64,000 bases of DNA from assembly GCA_000388065.2 (NCBI GenBank), contig KB932208.1. One strand, given 5' to 3'. Shown piece after piece: positions 10,845 through 22,596 of the stretch (its first letter is position 1; each line of letters begins with the position of its first letter). This stretch comes from Fonticula alba ATCC 38817. Taxonomy: Eukaryota > Protista > Nucleariida. The notes under the pieces were generated by a model, which was not told where the DNA came from, made no database searches, and worked only from the letters and a program-made list of their open reading frames with translations. Made by a program: the position numbers and the translations under genes.

Positions 10845-13800
10845 GCCCCAGTCGCCCTGCCCGCCTGGCAACAGCCACACTTCACCCCGGCGGAGCCCGC
10901 GCCAGTTCACAGCCGCCGGACATCCAAACGCGCACAGACACACGGCCAGGAAGCAGGGCACCCCCCAACATCCCCAAGGGATGGGGATGTTATTATTTCC
11001 CCCCCCCCGCCCCTCTTGATTCCCCTTCGCCTTTCTCACTTTCCGTCCTTCGCCCTCCCCCTCCCCCGGCTCTGGTTGCCCTGCGCGGCAATCGACACGC
11101 CCGGATGATGCAGCTTCTTCTGGTCTCGCCTGGCCTGCATCAACCTCTTCACCTGTCCCATCCTCTCGGAGGCGGATGTCTCGGCGTCGGTCACCCGAGG
11201 GCGGGGCATGGCCCTGGCGCCACGCTCGCGCGGCGGGTTCACCATCGTCCGCGCTGTGGCCCTGGCCGATTTCCACCGGATGCAGGGCCGTGCCGGCCTC
11301 GTCTCCGGCGTTTCGGTCCTCTTCCTGGCCACCACTTGTCCTGGCCCGGCCGCGTGCCGAGAGTCCGCCGCGTCGGCCGAAGATAAGGTGCCTTGCCGTT
11401 CCCCGACACAGCCCACGCCCACGGGCCCCTCCCTTTCTCCCGGCCTCTCTCTCTGACCTTCTCCCTGGCATGCGGTAGCTTGGCTGCTGTGCGGGCCATT
11501 TGCGCCTCTTCCTGGCACGGATCAATGTCTCAGCGCGGACACGAGTGCAGCCACCGACGACCGACGGCCACCCAGGCATGTCCATTGTCCTGTCGGACTC
11601 GGCGGCTCTGGTCTGTCCGATTGTTCAACTCGGCGGCAAGTTCCTCCCCTCGGCCGACTTGGGCCTCTTTGGCGAGGGTGTCTTCCTGACTGACCGGCCA
11701 GCGGCGGCTGACCCCAATGCCGGGCCGAGCACCCTATCCGGGCTGTGGTTGTCCCGGTACCCGGAGCAGCTGCTGCGGCCAGCCAGCCGGGCCCCCCTGC
11801 CGCAGAGGGACCCGCCATGCGCGGCCGCCAGCCCGTGCCGGCACCCGCGCGGTGCGGCCCTTTGGAGCAGCGCCGAACACCTTCCCTGTGGCTGTCCGTT
11901 GGCCGATTTGGCCGTGCATCCGGCCACTCGGGAGCTCTTCCTTCTTGCCACGTGTGGGCACCTGTTCGGCGTGGCGATGGCACCGGCATCGGCGTCCGTC
12001 GAGGAGGCAGCCGGCCAGGCGGTGTCCCGATCCACGAGCACCGGCATGCCGCCGAGCATCCTCCTCCGGCCCCTGACTCAATTGTGCCTCCCGAAGGGCC
12101 ATGCCGAGCCGCCTCTCCGGTCGGGTGGGCCTGACCGGCTTCTTTTTGACCGGGCGGCGGCCCTGCTCTTGCGGCCGCACCCCCCGGACCGGCCTTCGGT
12201 GCTCTGCTTCTCCCTGCCAAGTGGGGTGCTGCTTTCCCGGGCTCCCCTCTCCGGGGATGGCCATCAGGTCACCCACCTGTTGGGTCATTTCCATGGGCAC
12301 CCGAAGCATCATCCGCTCTTCCGACCGGTGGTACTCTCGCTGCCGGGCCCCGGGACCACGGTCTCCAGTCTCCCGGAGTTGCGCTTCCTTCAGGCCGGTC
12401 CCATCCCCCCCGGGCCGGATCTACGCCGGGTGTCGGCTTCCCTTAGTGGTCAGGCAGCAGCCACGCCGGACATCTTTCCCGGCGGGCCAGTGCGTCGACT
12501 TCCTCCTCCCTTCCGCTGACCATCCTCCTCCTCCGTGTCCGCTGGCTAGCTGGGCCCTGCTCCGTCCCCCGTCGTTCTTCTGACCTTCTGTCTCCCCGTC
12601 CTGCTATTCCTCCTTCCTGCTATTCCTCCTTCCTGCTCTCCTTCCTGCTCTCCTTCCTGCTCTCCTTCCTGCTCTCCTTCCTGCTCTCCTTCCTGCTCTC
12701 CTTCCTGCTCTCCTTCCTGCTCTCCTTCCTTCCTGCTCTCTTGCTATCCTCCTGCCCTTCCCCCCTTTCACCCTTCTGCCTTCTGGGCATGACGCAGATT
12801 CAGAACGACCAAATCGCCCTGAACCAGGCGCGCCCCATGACCCCACCCCTGCACCATGTGGCGGCGTTCTTCGAGCTCCTGTGGCAGCTACTGGACGACG
12901 GCCCCGTGGCGGTCGGAAAGCCCGACCTCCTGCGCAGCTTCCTCCGTCAATTGGAGCTCTTGTGCCTGCATTCCCAGTCGCCGGCGCTGATTGTCCACGT
13001 CCTCGAGGCCCTGCGCCGGTCAGCGGCCTCCCTGCCTGGGCCATTCCTCCGGGACATGCAGCGGGTGGTGGACCGGTGTGTGAGCCCTCCGGTTGAGGCC
13101 CCGGGCTCGGGCGATGCCCTGTCCCCGGCACTGACTCCCCTCTCGGCCCGGGTGCAGGGGAATGTCCAGCGCCTGCGTGGGCTTTCCTTCGAGAGCTGGC
13201 ACGGCCAGCCGCACTCGCAGACGTGTGTCAAGCTTCAGCCGGCGGCCGAGCCGCTCCCCGGGCGGACCTCCTTCAATTTGGAGAGCGGCTGGCTGTGGAA
13301 GCGCTATCCCGGGGAAATGGTGCTGGCGTACTTGGCGCGGATGGCCGAGCTCAGCACGGCGGCTCGGCGGTCGGTCGACCGGTCGACCTCGTTCCCCGTC
13401 TTCCCGGCATTGGTGGACGCCCATCCCAGCGGGGCCTTCCCCCGGTTTGGCTATCTCCACCAGGATTCAGGCCGGTCCGGAACCCGGTCGCCGGGGGTGG
13501 CATCTCCAATTTCCCCCCTGAAGACGACCGTCGGCTCCTCCCCGGCCGGCGTGACCCTCGAGGCCCCGGTGTCGGCCTTCCCACCGCTCTTGTCGACCAA
13601 TGCCTGGCAGCGATTGACCATCTCGCAGCGGGTTCTGGCACTCGCGTGCGAGGCGTGTCGGGTGGCGGACTCGGAGGCCGCGGCGGCCGCCGGTGGCCAG
13701 CCGCCCGCTCGACCGCTGCTACTGCAGCTGACGTACACCCTCACTCACGCGGGCATCCTCTTGGACTTCGCCCTGTCGTGTGGCACGCTGGACGGCCCGG

Positions 13801-14030
13801 CGACCCATGCCGCCAAGGCCGCCATTTCGGGTGGCGCACGCGCTGCCAGGCCCCAGCCGTCCGGCACCCTGGCCGGCGGCCGGGCATTCGATGTGTCCGA
13901 GTCTCTGCGGCCATGGGGCGCCACGCTGGAGCAGGTTGCCAGCTACCTGGCATCGGTGGTACGCTCGCGTTTGCTCCCCCCCCCCCCCTCCCCTCTCCCC
14001 CCCCCCCCTTCCTTCCGCCCCCCCCCCCCC

Positions 14031-14071
<41 letters not shown>

Positions 14072-15171
14072 ACCCACCCCCTCCGCCCCCGGAGATTGGG
14101 GCTCCCCCTTCCCCCCCCGCGAAAGGCCCGATCGGAAATCCGCTTGTTTGGTGGGCCGCCCGCCCCCCCCCCTTTGGTTGTGCCCCGGGGCCCCCCCCCC
14201 CCCCCCCCCGGTGTTGTGTTGGTGCNNNNNNNNNNNNNNNNNNNNNNNNNNNNNNNNNNNNNNNNNNNNNNNNNNNNNNNNNNNNCCCCCCCCCCTCCCC
14301 TCCACCGATGCAGATGTCCTGTCCCGCGTTGAGCCTCTCCCTGTCGCGAGCTCTCCCACCCGCCGGGGCACCGCCCTTCACCGACTGTGACACATCCCTG
14401 GCGGAGCTGCTGTCGCTGGCTGCGCACCCCTCCCAAGCGGTGTGCTTCCTGGCCCTGCACGCGCATTGGGACTCGGCAGTGTCCGGGCTGTCAACCCTCC
14501 GCTTGGCGTCGGCCTCGAGCTCGCCGGCACCGCTGAGCTCGCCCTTCACCCTTACCGGCAGTCGGATGGCCGAGGCGTCCCTCTCTCGCGGAAGCACCGC
14601 CGCCGCCCACGCCAGCGACCCGCTCCTGCGGCAGTTCACCCGGAACCAGAGCATCGCCGAGCAGTCCCTCCACTCGGACAGCTCCTTCGACTCGCCCTGC
14701 TACATTCAGACCTACTTCTTTGTGGCCCAGCTGCTGTCCCGGCGTTTGGCCGGCCGGCCGACCATGACCGAGGGTCCGTGCTCTTCTGTCACCCACCCTT
14801 GCCACCATCACGCCGAGACTGACCCCCCCCCCCCCCCGCCCCCCTGCCGGGCAGCCCTTCACACTGGCGATGGCCTGCTCCCGGTGCTTCGCCAGCTGCT
14901 GACCCTGGTGCCGGCTGGTCTGCGCCCCGTGGATTATGTGTCTCTCCTTCAAATCTTCCTGCCAGACGCGCGCGACATTGAGCAGCTCCTCGACCGGGCG
15001 GCCATCAACGCCACCGAGGTCCGGTCGCTGGTTGCCGTGGCGACCCGAATGACCACCCTCTCGGCGGCTCCGCCCGCCGCTCCCCGCCCGGCAGCCGCCG
15101 CCCTAGACCAGTGGGAGGCGCTTTTCGCCCCCCTCCTGGGTGCCATGGCCCAGTCCCTTGGGCACTGCTAA
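10038..15171 (+). CDS. Hypothetical ~1276-aa protein, 7 exons (beta-rich N-half, helical C-half)
   Basis: Exons 10038-10576, 10722-10790, 11114-11387, 11479-12489, 12798-13958, 14314-14773, 14855-15171. All junctions are GT-AG and phase-consistent (total 3831 nt = 1277 codons). No family recognised. Confidence 0.6.
12601..12740. repeat. Tandem 12-bp minisatellite (CTCCTTCCTGCT), about 10 copies, intronic
   Basis: Direct reading; lies in intron 12490-12797. Confidence 0.9.
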
Positions 15172-15768
15172 AATGCCCTCTTCCTGAGCGCGGGGACGGG
15201 GGAGCAATCTTGGCCCTGCCTCTTCTTTAGGCCCCCCCTTCTCGCCTTGCTCGCCCTTTTTATTTCCCCCCATATCCCCGCAGTTGGCCAGGACCCGCAG
15301 TCGCGTGTATGCGCATGCATGCGTTCTCTTCAAATACATTCCCCTTGACACAGAGAGCCGGGCGCCTTCCCGGCGCGCGGTTGCAGTCACCCGACCTCCG
15401 ATCAGAGAGCGGGGGAGGGGGGGGGGGAGGGGAAGCAGCCTGGGTCGCGCTAGAATCGGAAGATCGACCGGGCAATTCCCTGGCCAAGGCCTAGGCCAAA
15501 GCCTCCGACCGCCGAGTTGGCGAACCGCGACCCGACGCGCTTGGCGCCTGGGCCGGGTGGTGGGGTGCGTGTGCGTGCATGTTAGAGCGCTGGATATCCG
15601 ACCGAAAGCTGACCAACCATTTGACCCTGCGGTCCCTTCTTTCGCTCGCTCGCTCGCTCCCTCTCTCTCTCTCCCTTTTGCTCCCGGGCCCTCCTAGTTG
15701 CTGCTCGGCATGGCTCCCCCTTGCCGTCCCAACCTCGGAGGGCGGTCCCCTGCAAAATGGGCCAGACT

Positions 15769-16780
15769 CTACGTACCATCCAGTGTCTTGTTGCTGGAGT
15801 GGCTGCGCGGCGCGCCGGGCGTCGGCTGCTGCATGGGCATGTCCCCGCGTTGCTGGGGCGACGCGGTGGATGTCCCGCTGCGGAGGGGGGCCCCATTGGT
15901 GTTGGTGTCAGCTTGGCATGCACACTGGGACCCGTCTCAAAGCATGGGCCGGGAGGGCCTCAGCCAGGCGTGCAAGGACGTACGGGACATTGACGATGGA
16001 GGAGGGGAACTTGCCATAGCGCCCGTCGCCGGTATAGCCAAACCACCACTGGTTGTTGCCTGGTCCCCGATCGTGGGGGCGGAAAGGTGGAGGAGGGCAA
16101 GTCAGTTTGTGGAATACATTGTCCCACACACCGGCCCTTGGGGGGAAGCTCCGCGTGCAGGCCGAAGGAAAGGGGCGAGAGGGGGGAGGCAAGCCGACAC
16201 GCGTACCGGTGCTGGTCACCTCCACGGGCTGGCCGCGGCGAAGGGGAAGATACTCGCTCTGGGCATTGGTGTCATACAGGCCGAAGTCCTCCTGGCATAT
16301 GGCCGTGAAGAGAACCGGCGGCCGGTGGTAGGGGGGGATCTCGGCGCGGCCGCGTGCCGGGGGCATTGGCATGCCGCTGCCGTAGGCCGAATCGGCCCAG
16401 GTCCCGGCACCGGGCACTGGCATCGGGACAACCCCCCCGCCGGCCTGGTATGCCGAGGAGGTGGCCTTCGGCGCGGGGGAATAGCCCAATGTACCGGAGG
16501 GCGAGTAGATCGACTCCGGGAACTGCTCCGTGTCGTAGGTCCGCGTGACGGCCATGGACGAGGGGCGCTGGGGCCGACTGGCGGCGGCCGCCTGGCGGGC
16601 GCTGTACCCCGGCGAGGGGTACTCCTCGGTGACCTGGGTCCGGCTCATCGGGCCGTCCGGCAGCATTTCCAAAATGGCATGGAGCTCGGACTTGCCAATG
16701 GCCCCGAGCTCCCAGAGGCGCTCGATCGACGCGCGGGCCTGGTCCAGCGTGCGGCTGACCTCCTGATCGAGGGCAGACAT
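15769..16780 (-). CDS. SH3-domain protein, Pin3/Lsb1-like (~250 aa)
   Basis: Exons 16780-16207, 16059-15984, 15877-15769 (3' end uncertain, possible extension to 15694). Spliced SH3: AICQEDF...YLPLRRGQPVEVTSTGNNQWWFGYTGDGRYGKFPSSIV. N-terminal helix LDQARASIERLWELGAIGKSELHAILEMLP resembles the yeast Pin3/Lsb1 N-terminus. Confidence 0.75.
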
Positions 16781-17555
16781 CTTTCTCAAGAGGGATTCAG
16801 GGGGAGGGGCGAGGAGAGGGAGAGGGGAGAGGGGGAGAGGGGGAGAGGGGGAGAGGGGAATGGAGATGGGGCGGTGGGGGAGGGCAAAGGGGCGGAGGGC
16901 TGGGCTGAGCTGGGATTGTGGGTGAAGTCTGTCTTTTTGTCATCGGGCAGGGCTGGCCCCCTTGTTTTTCTTCACACCCCGGCCCACCGGCCGCGGTCAC
17001 CATCTGAGCAGAGCCATATGGCTTCCTCAGCCGTAAAGACGCAGATGCACACACATCATGCGCACATGAGAGGCAAGCAAATCGCAGCCCTCAAGGAGGA
17101 GGAGGGGAATGCCTGGAGACCCTGCAGGGAAGGCTGGCCATTGTTGGGCGCGATCCGGGCACAGCATGGCCAGGGCAGGGGCAGTTCTTGCCCACGGCGC
17201 ACTTCCCAGAATGGGACCCCGGGCGTCGGGTCGTGGAAAGTCCTCCCCCGCCCGCTCGCCACACGCGCCGAACAATCCCATCAGCCCCCGAGAATGAGGG
17301 TGACCCTTTCCGCCCCGCGAGAAGGCGCGATCGGAATACGGTCTGGTGCGTGGGCCGGCGGCACCCGACCGTGGGCTCGTCGCCCGGGCCCCCCCCCCCC
17401 CCCCCCCCGGTGTTGTGTTGGTGCCGGGCCCGGGCGGCGGCGTCCAGGCTGGCCCATTCCACATGCGTAAAAGAGCACCCCGAAGCGGGGAAGCCAGAAC
17501 CTTTGAGTCATATACCGGGAGATAATAAATTACAATTAATAACATGCAGAGGAGG

Positions 17556-19175
17556 TCACGAGAACATGCCCCGGTTCCGTTTCATCGCCCGGTGAATCTG
17601 CTTTTCCAGGCCGCTCGCCTCGGGCCCGGGGATCTCTGCGGCGCGCAAACACATCCGCGGGAGCCGGCATGCCCAGCGGCACGGTCCGGCAGGCCGGCCA
17701 GGAGGGAGACCGGGCAGGCAGACAGGCAGGCAGACAGGCAGGGGAGGAGCACGGAGGACGGGCAATAGATGTCAGCCGCCCATGCGAGCCGCAAGCATAT
17801 GGCGGCATTCGCACGCAAGGAACGAGGGCGAGGGACGCACTGCTCAAGTCGGCCAGCGCATCATCATAGGCCCCCAGGGCAAAGTGGGCCTGCGCCCGGC
17901 GGTACCGGGCCTTCCGGAACTGGGGCTCGGTTCGGTCCTGCGTGCAATACACCCCGTCGGGGGAATTCGCCCGGTGGGCCGGGTGGCAGGTGTCGCACCC
18001 TGCGCGCTGCTTGGGGCCCGCCGCGGGACACTCGCCCGGCTGGGGCGCCAGCACGCGATTCAGCTGGGACAGCGCCTCCAGCGGGCGATTCAGCTGGGCA
18101 CAAAAAAAAATGGAAAGTCAGAGGCCGGCGGGTGCTCCCCCTCACCATGGGCGGCATGGGCCCCCTCGCCTGCCATGTCCATCCGTCGGTCGGGCGATCC
18201 GTCTGTTTGTTGCCGGCCACCCCCTCTCCCGGCCATGGTGTCGGCCCCTTGCGCCAGCATGTGCGCGCATGGGCAGCTTGGACGAACCTTCAACGAGCAG
18301 GCCGCATGGTTCAAGCGAAGGGTGCGCTGGAGAAAGGCCGGGCATTCAGCCGGCCCGGGGGACTCGGCCCCGGCGGCGCGACCGTCCGCGGAGCTGGCAT
18401 GCGCCCGCGAGGCCCCGCTGCTGGAGAAGAGGCTGGAAAAATGCAGGTCCATGAAGCAAAGTGCATGGTGGTAGACAGCCGCCGCCGGGCCAAAGCGCCC
18501 GGCCTGGAAGAGGGCATTGCCCAGGCCGCGCAGGCGCAATGTCTTGTTGGCCGACGGCATGCGCCAGTGCGTCAGCGGCGCGCCGGGCCGGACTCGGGGC
18601 ACAGGCGAGGCAAAGGAAAACCACCAATAAAAAGGACGCACCTCGGCCAGGATGGCCTCACGACTGGACAGCTCCCACACATCGGGGATCCATTGGCCGG
18701 CCGGGGTCCAGTCGACGAGCTCCAGCAGCAGGTCCACCTGCGGGGGGGGCCGGTCGCGCACGGCCTCCAGCACCCGCAGCACCGGGTCCCGAGCCACCAG
18801 CGGGGCCAGGGCCTGGTGGATGGCCGACCCGCCGCAGGCGGGCAGAGCCGACCCGACCGGGGCCCCGGTGGCCGTCTGCCGGAGCTCGGCTTCCAGAGCC
18901 TGCCGTCGGAAGGCCGCCAGCTTGGCGACCACCTGCTGTGCGAGTTCGGCCGACCGGAGAGACAGGATGCCCCGGGCCGGGGCCGGGGCCGGGGCCGGGG
19001 CCGGGGACTCCGGAGGGGCGGCGTAGGACGGCCGGCCCGGGGGGAGGGTCGCGAGAACCGGGGCCCCGGCCGCGGTGGCCGTCAGTAATCCAACCACCGC
19101 CTCCTCGATCAGGGGCTGGAAGCCGCGACCGATGCTGCGATCATCAAAGTCAGTCTTTGCCAGTGGCATGGGCAT
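17556..19175 (-). CDS. AIP/XAP2-like TPR co-chaperone (degenerate FKBP-like region plus 3 TPRs)
   Basis: Exons 19175-18642, 18542-18288, 18093-17841, 17635-17556 in phase. TPRs GLGNALFQAGRFGPAAAVYHHAL, LRLNHAACSLKLNRPLEALSQL, KARYRRAQAHFALGAYDDALADL. AIP-like WIPDVWELS before TPR1 and C-terminal RNRGMFS. N-terminus probably extends to 19699 in another frame. Confidence 0.75.
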
Positions 19176-20129
19176 GGCGCGGGTCTCCTTGGTCTCCCTG
19201 CCCCCCGTCCTCTGCCTCTGCCCCTTCGGGCTGCCTCGGGGTTTGCAACGAACCGGATGTCCAGAATCCCATCGGCGCGTCGGGCCGTAAACAGCGGCCC
19301 ATCATCGCCCTCGGGGGCGGGCAAGTCCTGGCCGGCAGACGCATCGAGCCAAGCATCGACCGAGCGCCCGGCAAAGCAAGCCGCACAGGACTCCACGTCA
19401 GGCGCCCCGGGGCCCTGCCGGCCGAGGGCACACGGGCAAAAGGCCCCGATGGTGGTTTGGCCCGACGGCGAGGGGGCATGCGAGCATGCATCGTGCGAGG
19501 CATCCGCCCGGTCGGGCAGCCCGCCTCCGGGCAGCCGGAGGCCAATTCGCACGCCAGCCGAGGACCCGGCCAGTGCGGCCGGCGGGGGATCGCCAGGCCG
19601 GCGGCCCAGGAGACCGGACGGCAGCAGGAGGCTGGCCGCCGGGTCCAGCCGGAGTGGGAGGCCGGTCGCCCGGGGCGACTTGGCCAGATGGCCAGCCATG
19701 CGGCACGGGGGGGGGGGGGGGAGGACGCAGAAGCGGGCGGGACAGGGGCGGGGGAGGAGGCGGGGGGACGTGTGTTATGGGCGTCTGTGTGCAGGCATGC
19801 GGGCGGAGCGCTCAACGGGGGGATCTGATGTTGCTGGCGATGGGGTGGCTCGACGCGACATGGCCCCCGAAGGGCGGGCTGCCCCGCTCGGGCGATCTCC
19901 GGGCCACAACCCCAGGGGGGGGGGGGGCAATGCCGATCGGGCCCCCGGCCCTGCGGAGAAACATAGGAAGGGAGTAGGGGTGTGTGAGAGGAGGGTGAGT
20001 ATGTGCGCCCTGAAGAGAACGCGGGCCTCCGGTGACCAGAGGGGATAGACACCCCCCCCCCCCCCCTCCTCCCCCTTCCCCCCCTTGATTTCACCTTTCT
20101 CCCCTCGCGCGGACTTGTCTGCCAATCAG

Positions 20130-21840
20130 ATGCTTCGCGTGCACCAGGCCCGCCGCCTGGCCACCTGGCCGGCGCTGGCCCGGGCGCTGGGCTCGGCCGC
20201 CGCCACCGCCGGGGATGGCTCGCGGCGGCCTAGCGCCAACCCGGCCGCCGCTTCGGCGGTCGACCGGCAAACACACAGCCAGCTGATCTCCGGGCTTTTG
20301 AACACCATGCCAGCCTTCTCGGAGGCCACCGAGCGAGCCGCGTGCGTGCTCTTCTCGCAGCCGATGCCGGGGCGCCTGCGCGCCACGCGCGCGCAGAATG
20401 ACTACACGCAGGATGTGTCCCTGGCCGGGTTACGCCGGGGCGCCGGGTCGACCGGCGGCCGGACGCCGCAGCCCCCGCCGCGGCCCTCCATGCGCCCCCT
20501 CGGGCAGATTGCCTTCGCCGGGTCCATCCACAACAAGGCCGAGGCGGTGGCCGGCCTGCCGCCCTCGGTCAAGGGGCTGCCGCTGGTGGCCTTTGCCGGG
20601 CGGTCGAACGCCGGCAAGTCCACGCTCCTGAATTGCCTGGCCTCCACTGGTGGCCGGCGGACGCACCTGGTCAAGACGGCCAAGACCCCGGTGCGACGGG
20701 CCCCCCTCCCATGCCTCGAACGTCCCCCATGCGCCACATGCTGACCGCCGCCCTGGCCGCCGCCCCGTCGGGCTGGGCACCCCCCCCGACGGACCCGCTC
20801 CCCCCCCGTGCACAGGGCCACACCCGATCGCTGAACATCTTCAATGTGGCCGACACCTTCGGCATGGTGGACATGCCGGGCTACGGCCACGGCAGTCGGG
20901 CCGAGTGGGGCGAGTTGGTCGAGACTTTCCTCCAGCACTCGCCGAAGTCCGTGCACAGGACGCAGGCTGCCTCTTGCTCTTCCTCCTTTTTTTTTTCCTC
21001 GGCTCCCCCTTGCCACACCCGCGCCTGCCTACGTTCGCCTGACTCTCCCCGCCCCGCGTCCCTCCCCCCTCCCCCCCCCTGCCGGACCATGTGCAGGATC
21101 TCTCGCGTGTACCTGCTGGTGGATTCGCGGCGCGGCCTGATGGACTCCGACGTGTACATGAGTTATTGGCTGAATGATCGGGCCATCCCCTTCCAGGTAC
21201 CCCCCCCCCCTCATGCTTGGCATGGCCGTCGCCGAGACGGGGCGCTGCTCCTCGCCTCGTCCCCTCCCCCCCCCCCCCCCCGTTTGGCACAATCTCACCC
21301 GCTGTTCCGCAGTTCATCCTCACCAAGATGGACCTCGTATCGGCCGGGGCCGTGGAGCGCCGGCGTCGCGAGATCGCGCAGTTCATCGTGTCCGGCGAGC
21401 TCCCGGCCGCCGATGAGGCCGAGCAGGAGGCGCAAGTGGACCCGACCGCGCCGGCGGCCGACCTGTCCTGGTCGCACGACCGCCGAGCCGTGTCCAATGG
21501 CCTCCCCCTGGCCTTCCCCCTGGTGCTGGCGGTCTCGGCCAAGCCCACCAAGCAGGTGATGAAGCGCAAGTCGGCTCGAGCCGGCCCGGGGCCGGCGGCT
21601 GCGGCTGCGGCTGCGGCTGCGCCGGCGGCGCCGGCCACGCCCCCGGCCCCGGGCGCCGGGGACGAAGAGTCGCTCTTGCGGTTCTTCGATTCAACCGGCG
21701 ATCCGGACGGCATGATCCTCCTGCGGAATATGATCATCGACTCGACCCTCGGGCCGCGGCCAGCCATCTCGCCGGAGGCCTGGCGCCGGTACCGGACGCA
21801 GGCCCCGGCGCCCGGCGGCAAGGTGCCAACGAAGAAATGA
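20130..21840 (+). CDS. engB: Mitochondrial EngB/YihA (YsxC) family GTPase, GTPBP8-like (~439 aa)
   Basis: Exons 20130-20690, 20816-20946, 21097-21196, 21313-21840. G1 GRSNAGKS, G2 KTPGHT, G3 DMPGYG, LLVDSRRG, G4 TKMD. Arg/Ala-rich, acid-free N-terminus resembling a mitochondrial presequence. Confidence 0.92.
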
Positions 21841-22596
21841 TACCCACGCCCCACTAGATACCCACGGATGTGCTTGGAGATCACGTTGCTGTCACGCGCG
21901 CGGCGAGTACCTAACTGACCGGTGTGTAGGATGTGTGGGGCTCTCCCACCGCGGGGGCCGCTCGTCTGTTGGGCGCAGATCGCCATCGGCGTTTGGTGCT
22001 GGCGTGGGGGGCTCCACCGCGGCGTTCGCGCCCGGCGCCGAGCCTTGCCGATGGGCGTGGGGGGCGGGGGGGGGGGGAGGGGGGGGGGGGGGGAATTCAA
22101 AATCCCCCTGTGGACAAACGGCCTGGGCCGGGGCGGGGGCGCGATCGGGCCGTTTTTCTTCCCGCCCTCGGCGCGCCCGTTGGGACGAGGTGCGTGTGTG
22201 TTTGGGGGGGATGCTCCCGCCAGATGGCGCGCGCGCGCGCGTGTGCGCGCGTACGGAGAAACGCCCGCTACGCAGAGGACCCCTCCGGTTCCCGCGGAGG
22301 GGGCGCGGATCCTTGTTGCACCGGCGCGGGTCTTGGCCAACCGCGGCCCCTGGGCAACCCATCCCCCCCCCCCCCCCGTACCCCCTACCTCTGATTGCCC
22401 GCATTTCGTCTGTGTCCCGCTCCCCGGCCCGCCCCTCCTTTCCTTTCCTCCCCAACTTCCCCCGCTTCCTCTCGCCCCCCCCCCCCCTTCATCACCACAC
22501 GCAGTCGCCNNNNNNNNNNNNNNNNNNNNNNNNNNNNNNNNNNNNNNNNNNNNNNNNNNNNNNNNNNNNCCCCCCCGCGCCCCCTAGCTCCCGGCC

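Noticed and set aside
12601-12740. CRISPR-like array
   Set aside because: Contiguous tandem 12-mers without unique spacers, in a eukaryotic intron.
20130-21840. Bacterial contamination or recent HGT of EngB (likewise Obg and NAXD)
   Set aside because: Spliceosomal introns of host type and presequence-like N-termini; these families are normal eukaryotic organellar genes.
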